A stretch of DNA of 63,659 bases, filler included, from Octopus bimaculoides (lineage: Eukaryota), in the NCBI RefSeq assembly GCF_001194135.2. It is 3 parts of 3 records of this genome, joined end to end, with 100 filler letters (N's around TTAATTAATTAA, not from the genome) between each part and the next. Parts side by side here need not be neighbours in the genome. Positions count along the whole stretch, not along the records: positions 1 to 28,881 come from NC_068982.1; positions 28,982 to 52,402 come from NC_068986.1; 1 more part is not named here. One strand, given 5' to 3'. Position numbers and translations under genes: made by a program. This document shows positions 27,092 to 38,926 of this stretch, in pieces; position 1 is the first letter of the stretch; every line of letters starts with the position of its first letter. The notes under the pieces were generated by a model. That model ran no database searches. It was not told the origin of the DNA and worked only from the letters and a program-made list of their open reading frames with translations.

Positions 27092-27184
27092 ATGATCATA
27101 TTTCCTCTGTTAAATTTGCCGATGACTAAGCAACAACCAAAATGAATCAGAAGAACAAGAGAAAGAAGAAAGAAGAAAACAGAA

Positions 27185-28060
27185 GATGCCGAAGGTTATC
27201 GTGTTCGTCCATATATGGTCAAAGAAGAAACAATGACTTCATCTGTAAGCCACTCAGCAGGGGGCGGCTCCATGCAAAAGACCAGATGATTACAACTGTC
27301 CACACCCATACTAATCTCCTTTGCACCCGAAGCTATTGACGTGGGGGTATTCTATTGCTGCAAATTTACGGTAACCCCAGTATTGTAGTGTGAGGTTTGC
27401 TGTATGGGAGTCCAAGAGATTCAGTGACATGAAGGAAGCGGAACCGCGATTGTTCCCATCTATACTACATGTTTAATGCGCCTAAAACTACAGAAGTGGC
27501 GGTGTTTCATTGCCATATATATGTACAGAATACAGAACTCAACACACCACGACTTTATCCTTTAGCCGGAGGTCTGTGTCATATAGTGTTACTCGTTAAA
27601 CACAGCAGAATAGTGCAAGTTACTTTTGAAATCAGGCACGCACATTCTTCCACTTAGTGGTAAGGTTAAGTCAAGACAACTGAGCTCGTGAAAATTACAA
27701 GAGATTAACCAATTTGCTGAACGGATTCCCAAAACTCGCGATATTATCCAACTTCGTATGTGTCCAGGACATAAAATACCATTCCAGATGTTGGGTCTGT
27801 ATCATGCTTTGTAGCTCAGCATGAATGCATGTTACTATCCATATTGGTTGCCTCTACTATCCTGCTGCCGCCAACTTCGAGGCTGTGGTGTTGAAGGTTA
27901 TTTATTTTCCCCCATGTCTTATTCGAATGATATGCTATTCGAATCTGCCACCAACCATACATGCATATTTAATGTGCATATATGCACATTATTGGTTGAT
28001 CATTGATTTCTCTGAGTTCATGTCTTCCGTGACAGGTCTTGAACATTTCATCCTGCAGAG
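27185..28060 (+). pseudogene. Highly decayed MULE/Mutator-type transposase (FLYWCH + MULE domain relic)
   Basis: Frameshifted segments in the expected order: EGYRVR...ICKPLSRGRLHAKDQMITTVHTH (FLYWCH-like), MCPGHKIPFQMLGLYHAL, and NFEAVVLKVIYFP...ICYSNL (DFExA...FP...C motif). Confidence 0.5.
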
Positions 28061-28805
28061 TGTTCAAAATCACCCTCCTCGCCATGCAAGCACAAGTGCC
28101 ATACGCGAAGGAGAAACTGGATACTCGACCCATTTTGAGTAGAATATATCATTAAACGAGTCTGTGACATGGTTCTGTTGATTACTAATGAAGCAGGAAT
28201 GTAAACTATATAAAAAAAAAGTCATCGTTCTCTCTATAGAATTTTCCAAAACAACTATAGCAGAACATATTATAGAGCGCTGTGAACAATTGATGATTCA
28301 CGCTGCGCTTCAGTGTATCATACAGACAGTGGAGTAGAGTAGATATAAATAATTCAATACCAACTGCAAATTAATTTTGCTCTGAAGAGGTTTCTCCGTC
28401 ACTAACCTTGCCTGTATTAACGATCTTACGGAAATTGGCGATAACTCGCGTCGCATGTTCGCGTTAATACTAACCTAGCCAAGAAAAGATTTGTTGTTCT
28501 CTTGTACCCTGACGGAGTTCCCTTCATACTCAATAGTAGCATTCTAGAAGGAATCAATTAATTTATTTTCATGTAGTTTCAAGATAATAAATTAAAAATC
28601 CACTTCCAGATAAAAGGGAATTTCTTACTAAACACGGATACAAACAAACACACACACGCACACACATACAAACACACGCACACTACACGCATTCACACAC
28701 ACATACACACATATTAATATTTAGTATGAGTAACAAAGAGTTAATTAATATTAATAAAAATATCAATAAAAATATAAATAGTTTTCCTGTTTGCATTAAC
28801 ATACC

Positions 28806-28836
<31 letters not shown>

Positions 28837-28881
28837 ATACATACATACATACATACATACATGTATGTATGTATATATATA

Positions 28882-28981
28882 NNNNNNNNNNNNNNNNNNN
28901 NNNNNNNNNNNNNNNNNNNNNNNNNTTAATTAATTAANNNNNNNNNNNNNNNNNNNNNNNNNNNNNNNNNNNNNNNNNNNN
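28882..28981. other. Artificial scaffold linker
   Basis: Exactly 44 N + TTAATTAATTAA + 44 N; a palindromic six-frame-stop spacer, identical to 52403-52502. Confidence 0.9.
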
Positions 28982-29134
28982 AACTATTGTCCTGACTTTT
29001 GTTATGCGGAAAATAGATTTCGCTTGGAAGACTTGCTGCATCATGGTGAACTAAGAGTTCACTGTGTCATTTTTGTGAGTTCAATTCATACCAGAATCGA
29101 CTTGGGAATTTTCATCTATACACATATATATATG

Positions 29135-29290
29135 GGAAAATTTACGAAAAAAACAACAACAGACGAGGACAGGTGGTGTAGACAACAAAAGGATGTATTA
29201 GTTTAACACTAGGGAATACAGAAAGTCTTTAGCGTTTCGAGCTACGCTCTTCAACAGAAAGAATGCGGAGAAAACAAGGAGAAAAACACG
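29135..29290 (-). mobile_element. Penelope-like element terminal-repeat fragment with hammerhead-like motif
   Basis: Minus strand 29262-29226 reads TCTTT CTGTTGA A GAGC-GTA-GCTC GAAA CGCT AAAGA. Confidence 0.5.
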
Positions 29291-29506
29291 AAGAAAAAAA
29301 AATTGAATGTTTTGGTCAGCGATTAATCATGGCGATTAATCATATATATATATATATAATTGTTATGGAGCCCTGCAGATTTCCGATGTCTCCATAACTA
29401 CCGTCTCGGCTATAACATTAGAGCCCTAGTAATCCGTTACAGCACTTATCACTTACCTAGCGTACTTAATTGTTTAGATCACATGTGAACTAAACCCCCA
29501 TACTTC

Positions 29507-29550
<44 letters not shown>

Positions 29551-29560
29551 NNNNNNNNNN

Positions 29561-29604
<44 letters not shown>

Positions 29605-29944
29605 GATAGGCTATATAATTAACTTCCTGCAAGTATGTATATATGTATTAACGGAGCATAGGCACAAAGCAGTGTTTAGGTATGAGCAGAATTTAGGTTA
29701 GATGAAATACGTTTGTCACATATTTCAACTGCTAAAGGCAGTTACCATGGAGAAAATTTTCACTTATGGTAAAAAAGTGTGAAAACGCCCAGTTCATTTA
29801 GTGTCGCCATCTCTCGAGAATCTCAGACATCAATGTATCGAGTTTTTGACTCTTGTCAATTAGATGTACCTAAGAGATGATTCTTTATTACGATAATTAC
29901 ATATCCAACATAGGACATTACACAGGACAACACAGGACATCACA

Positions 29945-30383
29945 AACAAATAGTAGATTATAGCTTTCTAGTAGCCTTTTGAGGCCAGGGCTTCCCCTTC
30001 TATCAGTCGAGCCAACACTATCCACCCGTGCATCGAGAATAATGTTAAAGTCTCCTAGTACAACTAGAGTTTTTGACGTCACTAAGAAAAGTTCTCCAGG
30101 TCCCAGTAAAAACCAGCCTGTGTTACATTCTTTTGGTGCGTAGACAGTTACCAACCTGAAGGACTGCTTACTTACGTGTGTCACACCCAAAATGACCAGC
30201 CTACCTTCTGGGTCCAGAAAGACTGTACTTACCTGCACGTCCAAGTTTTTCCTGAATAAGACCACCACGCCCCCGCCTCCCCGGCGACTTGGAGAAATAA
30301 ATCTCTCGGGTTGGCGAGAGGAAGGACATCTATCCATACGAAATGTGTTTGATCCACGCGAGCATAGAAAAGTGGACGATTCT

Positions 30384-30385
<2 letters not shown>
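29945..30385 (-). pseudogene. L1/Tx1-type LINE APE endonuclease fragment
   Basis: QTHFV...GGGVVVLFRK...DPEGRLVIL...FRLVTVYAP...LVVLGDFNIILD. Confidence 0.8.
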
Positions 30386-30414
<29 letters not shown>

Positions 30415-30476
30415 GTTTTGTTGTCCCATTTTGTATCACCTAACTCGGATGTTTTGCGTTCTTGTCCCATTTTGTA

Positions 30477-30528
<52 letters not shown>

Positions 30529-31285
30529 AGTATCGTCCACTTAATGTGTGTATACACACTCACATAGACACACACACACACATTTTTTTGCAGATATTTT
30601 CGACTGAGACGTTTCAACCGCATCTGATTCTTCGAGTGCTTCAACTCTGTATATATGCATATATTTACTCGATTGCTAACTTTTATCAATGATTTCTTTC
30701 ATTCTTTTGATAATGCCATATTCTATCATTAATAAAACTGTCGGCATTTTTGACGTCACGGGTATGCTAGCATATATATTATTTAACTGACACCGGTCTC
30801 TTTCTCTCTCACTCTCTCTCTCACTCTTTCATACGAATGAGGTCTTTTTCTCTGTCATATGATTAATAATCTCTCTCTTCCTCTTTCACTTTCCCTCTGC
30901 ACTTAACTATCTCGTTTTTCTTGTGTTAGTTCAACTCTGCACTTCTTTCGCCTAGTCTACTTCTCACACTATGAATCCGGTATTGTTTAACGACATGTAC
31001 CAAGCGCTAACCGCTAGTCATGACAACACAATTGTAGTACACATGTTATTTCAATAACACTTTTCAATTAATTTAATTTTATTCTAATTCATTTCAAATA
31101 TGCTAATTATGGAAATGAAATTAATTTTTTTTTTACCATAAAGCTTTTGAAGTTTGGAAATTATGGGTAATTTTAGCCAACCATAAGCCACAGACACATT
31201 GGTGCCTGTTTCCAGAGTAACAAGCCAAGCTGTTATCTACTGAAAGTTATCTGTACCTATATACTGAACTTTCGTTCTTGGAATT

Positions 31286-31340
31286 TAACCCTAAAACTTA
31301 ATTCTAACCCTAAACGCTAACTCTAACCCTAAACTCTAAT
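31286..31340 (+). repeat. Degenerate (TAACCC)n-like tract
   Basis: TAACCCTAAA..CTAACCCTAAA..CTAACCCTAAA. Confidence 0.5.
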
Positions 31341-31769
31341 TCCAAGCTTACGTGTATTTTGGGCAGTTTTTTTTTTGGTGGGGTAGGAGGTTGTACCAAT
31401 CGATTGTCGCTGGAGAAAATGCTGTTATAAACAAATGGTCACTGCATTATTAACTATGTTTACCTTACAGGCCTTTTTACTCGTCAGAGTAACTTCCAAA
31501 ATTTCAGTGTCTATTTCTGTTTCATGGAACACAGAGGTTAATACCTATCAAAAGAATCTATTCGAAACATTTCCATCCTTACACTATACTGTAAGCTTTC
31601 TTGGTAAGGAGTTTGCTGTAATATCAAAATGACGATTTTAATATCTACGCCCTAGCTAAGTGAACACACACACATGTACCATATAGGCATGTTTGTCCAT
31701 GGAGAACGAAAACAAATAAAAAATCAGCTACATTTTTTTTTTTTTTGGACCTTTGTCTATTATACCGCT

Positions 31770-31895
31770 GAGGTCAATTTAGCTTTCATCCTTCCATGGT
31801 CAATAAAGCAAAGTACCAGTCATATACTAGATCAATGTGATCAACTAAATCTTTGCCCTCAAATTTCTGGCTTTGTGCCTGTAGTAGAAACAATT
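31770..31895 (+). mobile_element. SINE family A 3' fragment
   Basis: GAGGTCAATTTAGCTTTCATCC...AAAGTACCAG...TTTCTGGCTTTGTGCC. Confidence 0.65.
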
Positions 31896-31954
31896 ATTAG
31901 TTTTCAGTCTTCAAACGGCTTAAGCAGATAGTGAGCCAAGAAGGCATCACAATA

Positions 31955-34560
31955 TTTATTTATTTATTTATTTATTTTACTTGCTGAGTCTGGCAGTCGG
32001 GGCAGTGTTCCTGTCTTTGCATGCTCTCCAAGACCGATCAGTGTGATGTTAACGTTACGTTTAAATAAACCGTTGCAGTTCAACATCTGTAGGAAAGACA
32101 TGAACATAGTGAAGCTTCCGGAGGATCGACGTTCAGAGAAGGATAGTTGTTAATGCAGAATCAGAAGGGTTGGTCTCAACAAGAGTGCACCGCCAAGTAG
32201 GTCAGGAGTGCCTGAGTGATGGGAGGTATGAAACTAGCCATTTCAGAGGGATAGAGACCATTATGGTAGCGATAGATGAAACAAAGACAGTGGATAGTAT
32301 GCCTGTTGACCAGAGGTTTGAATGTGATAGTTAGTGATTTAATGTCATTCAATCGAGTGGCCATTCTCTGGATGCGGTCCAGGATGCCCATGTGCGTAGT
32401 AGTAGCAGTAGCAGCAGCACCATCCCAGATATTGGACCAGAGCTCCGCTGTGGACTCGATTGAGCCTTGTAGAGTGTCACAACTGAAATATTTTCTGACC
32501 CTGAAGAGAAAGGCCAGTTTTTGAGATGCGCTTCTAAGCTCACGCCTGCAGAGATCCTCAGTGATAGGGAGGCAGTGTTTGGAACATCCGTGAAGCTATA
32601 ACAGAATGGTTACTCATGTTTAGGGGCGGGGATATTTTTCTTGGTGCGAATTTTGTTTCTGTTAAAAAAAGCCATGAATCACATAGCCCCACTGAAGGAT
32701 GTTCTCTGGAAGATGCATGGAATTGATGCAGACATGGCACGTGAAGTGTAGGTTACTTGTAGATGATGCATGATTGGGGAAGGTTAGATGTCTGCAATGG
32801 AGTATTCCCACCAGTGAGACGGTTCCACAGCTACACACATGGATATCCTGGACCGCATCCAGAGAAGAGCCTTTCGATCGATTAGCATTAAATTTGCACA
32901 AGATTGGGGCGTTGTTGGAATGTGGCGGCGAAGGAAGTGATGGACAAAATCGAAACCTGGAGTACACCAGAACTGATTTAGATCAGATAGAAACAACTCT
33001 GTCAACATATGCCGCAACGGTATGATCTAATTGGAGGCTACCGATCCGAGACATGAGAAATGATTGGAACCCAAGGCAGGTCGTTTTGATAGTAGATTTG
33101 CATATTCGACACGGTAGAAAGATTTACTGATGTCTAGGGCAGCAACAAAATTGCTTTCACTGAACTTATTTAGAGCAAGAACCTACTGGGGAGTGACATA
33201 AGAGTATGTTCCCATGAATCTGGTTCTACGGAAGTCGTATGGGTGTTCACAAGGGAGAGAGAGAGGGGGGNNNNNNNNNNNNNNNNNNNNNNNNNNNNNN
33301 NNNNNNNNNNNNNNNNNNNNNNNNNNNNNNNNNNNNNNNNNNNNNNNNNNNNNNNNNNNNNNNNNNNNNNNNNNNNNNNNNNNNNNNNNNNNNNNNNNNN
33401 NNNNNNNNNNNNNNNNNNNNNNNNNNNNNNNNNNNNNNNNNNNNNNNNNNNNNNNNNNNNNNNNNNNNNNNNNNNNNNNNNNNNNNNNNNNNNNNNNNNN
33501 NNNNNNNNNNNNNNNNNNNNNNNNNNNNNNNNNNNNNNNNNNNNNNNNNNNNNNNNNNNNNNNNNNNNNNNNNNNNNNNNNNNNNNNNNNNNNNNNNNNN
33601 NNNNNNNNNNNNNNNNNNNNNNNNNNNNNNNNNNNNNNNNNNNNNNNNNNNNNNNNNNNNNNNNNNNNNNNNNNNNNNNNNNNNNNNNNNNNNNNNNNNN
33701 NNNNNNNNNNNNNNNNNNNNNNNNNNNNNNNNNNNNNNNNNNNNNNNNNNNNNNNTGCCTCTCCCCACCCCAATTACTGGCCTTGTACTAAAAATTAGAA
33801 AGAATTATTAATGGCTGTTTCCATTACCTTATGTGAATGCAATAGGACGATAACACTGTATAACAAAATTTATATTTACGTTTTTTTTGTGGTTTGGTCA
33901 GTAAGTGTTATTTTCTATTTACTTCTATCTAGAAATCAAAGAAAATGACTACTATTGCCTTCAAACTTTGCTTTTCTGACCTGGACATCAATGTTTTGAA
34001 ACTAACTTATTTTCCATTACATTTCAGACAGATTCAGCGCTGAGTTGCTGAAGCAGAATTTTCTAGAACTTTCTAGAAGTTTCAAGAATTTCTAGATCAG
34101 ATAGAAACAACTCTGTCAACATATGTCGCATAGATAGCATAGATAGCAACATGAATACAGGTATCATAAGCTTGACAGTTCAGTTTACTTCTAGTTCTCC
34201 ATTCTTTGGAGTTTGAATAAATATCGCAAAAAAGCAAAGTCTGAAGGGAATATTAGCCATTTTTCATACTTTCTAGGGGTAAGCAAATAGGAAATAACAG
34301 CTGCTACCCAAAGACAAAACTCGTGTTATACAGTGTTATTAATGGCTGTCTCCATTATCTTAGTTGAATGAAATAGGACGATAATTAGCTGAACTAGTAG
34401 GGTTGCCTTTCTTTTGAATGGAATTTGTTGAAATATGTTTCCAAATGTCAGTTATAGCCTCGTATGGAGTGGGAAAGAAAAGGTAAAAAGTCAATTTGGC
34501 AAATATTCTAAGCTTAGTAACTGACAATAAAAGACTTGTATACCGTGGCAACACAATTTA
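31955..34560 (-). pseudogene. CR1-group LINE (RT domain to 3' tail), interrupted and rearranged
   Basis: Ordered motifs on the minus strand: KKGNPTSSANYRPIS, KIMETAIN, EHPYDFR, VAALDISKSFYRV, SGVLQVSILS, SQKLAFLFRVRKYF, TLYKAQ, ILDRIQRMA, FIYRYHNGL; (TAAA)n tail at 31955-31978. Confidence 0.85.
33851..34339. mobile_element. Insert with 16-bp terminal inverted repeats inside the CR1-group LINE
   Basis: ATAACACTGTATAACA (33851-33866) and TGTTATACAGTGTTAT (34324-34339), flanked by a duplicated 49-50-bp LINE segment. Confidence 0.6.
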
Positions 34561-34904
34561 TATGGCAATGGATGTATGTGAAAAAAATCACGTTTACTAT
34601 ATATGTGAAAATTGGAATTATTTACTTTATCAGATAAGGTGTTTGCCAGGTTAAAAAATCAGTAATAATGTTTACCTTTGCAGAAAAGTGAAAGTGATTT
34701 GGTGTGCAAAAAGTGAAAGTTTTATGAAATGTATTGAATACAAATGGTAAACGGATATAATGTTTTTAAAATAATTGTTCAAAGCTATCATTAAGAAGGC
34801 CAATATGCCATATAAACTCGATTAAATGTAACAATCTAATTACGTGCAATGAGTATCAATATCTCATTTATTTATTTATTTTGGTATAAATTCCGCCGCG
34901 ATTC

Positions 34905-35135
34905 AACATGGAATTTCAATGAATTTCAGGGAATGATTGAACATCATGTGTTGAACACCAATTTGTTTGACTATGTCGTGTGACACCTAAAGATCGCTCA
35001 CGGCTATTGTTCAGCATAATGTTTCTATGCATTTAACACTGTTGTTACACATATTATATCATCCAGAGCAACCACAAAATACCTCCTGGAACCAACTTCA
35101 AGACCTCCAATTGTTAACCATTCTCTCTTCCATTA
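34905..35135 (-). pseudogene. Merlin (IS1595-like DDE) transposase relic
   Basis: WLTIGGLEVGSRRYFVVALDD then, after a frameshift, TIAVSDL*VSHDIVKQIGVQHMMFNHSLKF; resembles WVFGGIER..KCFLV..D / TIxSDxWxAY..GYxHxxVNHS. Confidence 0.55.
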
Positions 35136-36544
35136 ACATCCAATGCATTTAGCTTCTTGATGGCTATGGTTTGTTCACGTTAATAATGGACGTAATCAAA
35201 ATATTTAGCGGATCCAACTACAAACATGACATCATTTAATAATTTTCCTTTCTTTTTTGTTACTTTTTTTAAAGATAGGATTAAGGTAGTGAATTGGCAA
35301 AGTCTTTAGTATGTTGAACAGAATACCACGCAATATTCGTCCCGACTTTTTGAGCTCTGACTTAAAATCCAGTTGAAGTCATTTCTGTCTTTGTGTCTCT
35401 AAAAAAGTACCAAACCAGGATGGTGGATTGGATTGATGGAACAGTTAGACGGTCGGGCAAATTGCCTTGCAGTATCTATTCTGGCTCTTTGCGTTCTGAC
35501 AACAACGCCTGCGACGATACAGGTGTCAAACTGCATTAGAAGCCGGAGGATTTTCCTTTTGAAAAACTTGTGTGCATGTAAGAGGAAAGGTTTGGCCTTA
35601 TTGAATCAGCTCTACACAAAACTGATATTTATTTTATTGATTCAGGAAGGATAAACTATATAGTTTTGACCCCCGACTACACTTGAACTCGGAACAAAAA
35701 AGGAATTTCAAAGAAATTAATAGAAGCTCCATATTCTTTATGGAAGTTATTTCTTCTTCCTTCCTCTCAGACAAGTCAAATACTATCTCGGTAATAAACA
35801 AATTACGGCTACCTCCTACCACAGAGATCAAAACATCTCGTATAATATACAAATGCAAGTGAAATTGATATTCGAAAACGAGAATGATTTTCCTCAGAAA
35901 TCGATGAATCCATTAATACTAACTACGTCCACTACTAATTGGTAATTTTTGTTAGTACGTTGTTTTTCTTACATGAGAATGAATACAGAAAATACTACTT
36001 TAAAATCCATACTACAGTTGAATTAATTCCAGCAAATGAGATAAGCTTTCAGTTGTGTATTCCAAACTAAAGAGAGGCAACACACTCAAGTCCTGCTACC
36101 CGTTGTTCAATTGCACTCGCAACTAACACCTCAAATGTGATTAAGACAGCTGTAAATAATGATTTCCAATAGAATATTTACACCTCCTTAAAAACAATCA
36201 GTATAAGATTTGTAAAATCAAGTTTGTCATTGAGAACTTTGGCGAAAACGTAGTTGTTGTTTTAACATTAATATTACAACCGTTGACCAGGTCTCTTCCT
36301 ATATTACCTAGTTCGTCTTTGAAAAAGAACTATGCTCTGTCTTGTTCAATGTAATACCGTACATAGGTAGATGCTGACAGATTTCGCTTGTATCTTGATT
36401 TCACTCGTTGTTACATAACCAACTCCCTGCTGAAGAAATAAAGTAACAGATCTCTACCTGAAAGTTGAAATCGGGACTCCTTATTTTCAATTTAAAAATT
36501 TTCGATAAGCAAAATCCCGGATTTTGTCTTCAAATATATTGTCT

Positions 36545-36905
36545 ATAAAGAGAATTTTTCTTCCGAGACAGTTACCGCAATGAAGATATTTTCACATTTG
36601 AGTGTACATGAACGAATTAAATATAAATGTATATAGCATTATCTTTATCGTTGCTGCTTAGAGTACTTGAATTACTTAATTCTAGTTAACAGAGCTTGCG
36701 GATTCGGTGTCTGTAGCTAGTGAAGCATAACCACATAGAAACATGTGTCCTCCAGTTCATTGCCATCATCTAAAGTCCAGCTCAGTGTGTTTTCATACAC
36801 ATTGTTTATCAAGAATATTTCTCTTTCGAGACAGTCACCGCAGTGAAAGTCTTTCTGCGTTTGAATGTATCCGAACGTGTTGAATATGAATGCTTATAGC
36901 TTTAA
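36545..36905. repeat. Diverged direct repeat of about 95 bp (36545-36640 vs 36810-36905)
   Basis: Shared CGAGACAGT(T/C)ACCGCA(A/G)TGAA...TTTGA(G/A)TGTA...GAACG...AATAT(A/G)AATG..TATAGC. Confidence 0.7.
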
Positions 36906-38926
36906 CCAATGACTTTCAACAACTACACATCAAAGTTAATGACTGGTATCAGAAAACAAAACAAACTTTCTAATGAAGTTTATTGATTACATATCAGTCA
37001 AACTCAGCATGTAGCTAATTCAGCGAGAAGAAAACAGACCAGATCTGAATGTTGAACAGGAGGAAGGAATTGAACTCAGTCAAGCATCACCAGCTGTTTG
37101 TCAGTCAAATTTGTGAACATGAAAGTCAATAACACAAACGGTTTAAAACTACACTTATAGCAAATGACACTCACATTGCACACACACACTCTCTCTCCTC
37201 CATCTCTGTCATGTTTACATGATTACGGAACAGGTTAAAAACCACACAACTGTAGCAAAAGAACGGCTTTCGCTTCTCCGTTCTGGATCATCGTGTCCAG
37301 TACAGTCTTTCAACAATAAAACATGATGAACGAAAATTTTTCGAAGACTCTTCTCAGCCATTCATCCAATTTCCCATTCATTGTTGAACTGGTACCGATT
37401 CTTTCTTATCGCTACAGACCTTTACTGAGGAAAATAAGTGATTTGATGTAAGATCTATTTATTGAATTTGTCCTCAGTCGATGAGGTACTAGTTAATTTA
37501 TCGAATGTAGTCATTATAATTCGAAGTGTCTAACAGTAACTGTATCACTAAAAGTCAATGCAATAAAGATTTAAAATAGAAGTATGTTGAGTTATCACGA
37601 GAAAACATCTAACGTTTCGGACAAGAGTCCTTCATCATATAATCTACAGTATCCCCCGCCCCCTTATTTTTTGCTTTTACTATGTTAGATGAACAGCTTT
37701 GCTGAATGATTGGTAGTCGTAACTATTTCAACTCTGTTCAGTTACACGTATGATGTTGGTACACTGTTATGCAGCGATTATATGTCACAGTGTGAAAATT
37801 ATGTTTCATATTTTTGTTTCGTGTAAGTCTTCATTTTTTTTTACCCAATTCGATCATGTGGTCGAACGACATATTGGTAGTTGAGTGGAAAATTTCAGTT
37901 CACATATATTTTGGTTGGTTAGCCAACATAGAATTTGAATCACACTGAGGTTTTCTGATGACATTATGATATCATTCTACAGTACTGGTGTGTTCAGATT
38001 TTTTTTGCCTAGTTGGGCATGTACATTGTTGGATCTTGTGTTTTAGAAATGGTGGCGGGGGGACTATATTGTAGTTTAGTTGGAAATCGAGTTCGAGTCT
38101 TTTCATGTTTCTACTTAGAATCTGTAGATTACTTTCCAAATATTTTAAAAGCTTTTAATAATGGTTCTTGCTTATTCATGATGTACGAGCATGTTATTTG
38201 GTGTTATTGCAGAGTGTAATAGGTGTAGCTTCGCTGTTTGATTATATTGGGGGATTCGGTGTTCCTTCTGTCAGTTTCCTGTTTATTTACTTATTTTTAT
38301 GAAACAGTGTATTAGTGCTGGATTATGTGATACAAACTATTAACGCTTCGAATTTTCAACTGAAAGCCGATTGTGTGTATTCCATAATCATCATAAGAAA
38401 TATTCATGAAAAAATTTTTTTAAAATTTAACTCTCACCGGCTCAGTCCAACTGATGTAGATAAGATAAATCTCAAACTAAATAAGCGGAGATGAGGATAT
38501 TGTATTTGTCATCCTGGCCATCGAATTAACTGCAACTCCACAAACAGCCAACATTTTACAATGTAGGATGTTTTAGTGGTGCAGATAATTTTTTAAAAAC
38601 TTTTTATTCTTGCCTTTGGTCTTGCTTTTCTTGAATATTTCCCTAGCTTATTAGATGCCAGTACAGCATTATGTAGGAGGAGGATTTGGGGAGCTGTTTA
38701 CATCTGCAAATGTATTTGCATTTTCTTTTTTTAAATATTCAAACAGTTACTGATCTCTATAAAGCACAATTACGTTCTACTTTAAATAACTGTTCTCGTA
38801 TAAGGAACAGGTTTGCCGCTACTAACACAAACACAGAATTGTCGTCTAACTAGGCATGTCGTAGTTTCCCTTCGCCTGTTCTACTATTACTACAACAGCC
38901 TGCTCAAACCCATTCTATGCACTTTT

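Noticed and set aside
35400-35411. AAAAAAGTACC matching the Merlin MITE terminus near the Merlin relic
   Set aside because: Only about 11 nt match, and no partner TIR or TSD was found on the other side.
37230-37430. Possible exon or 5' UTR-like unique sequence
   Set aside because: Only a short 48-codon frame with no recognisable homology.
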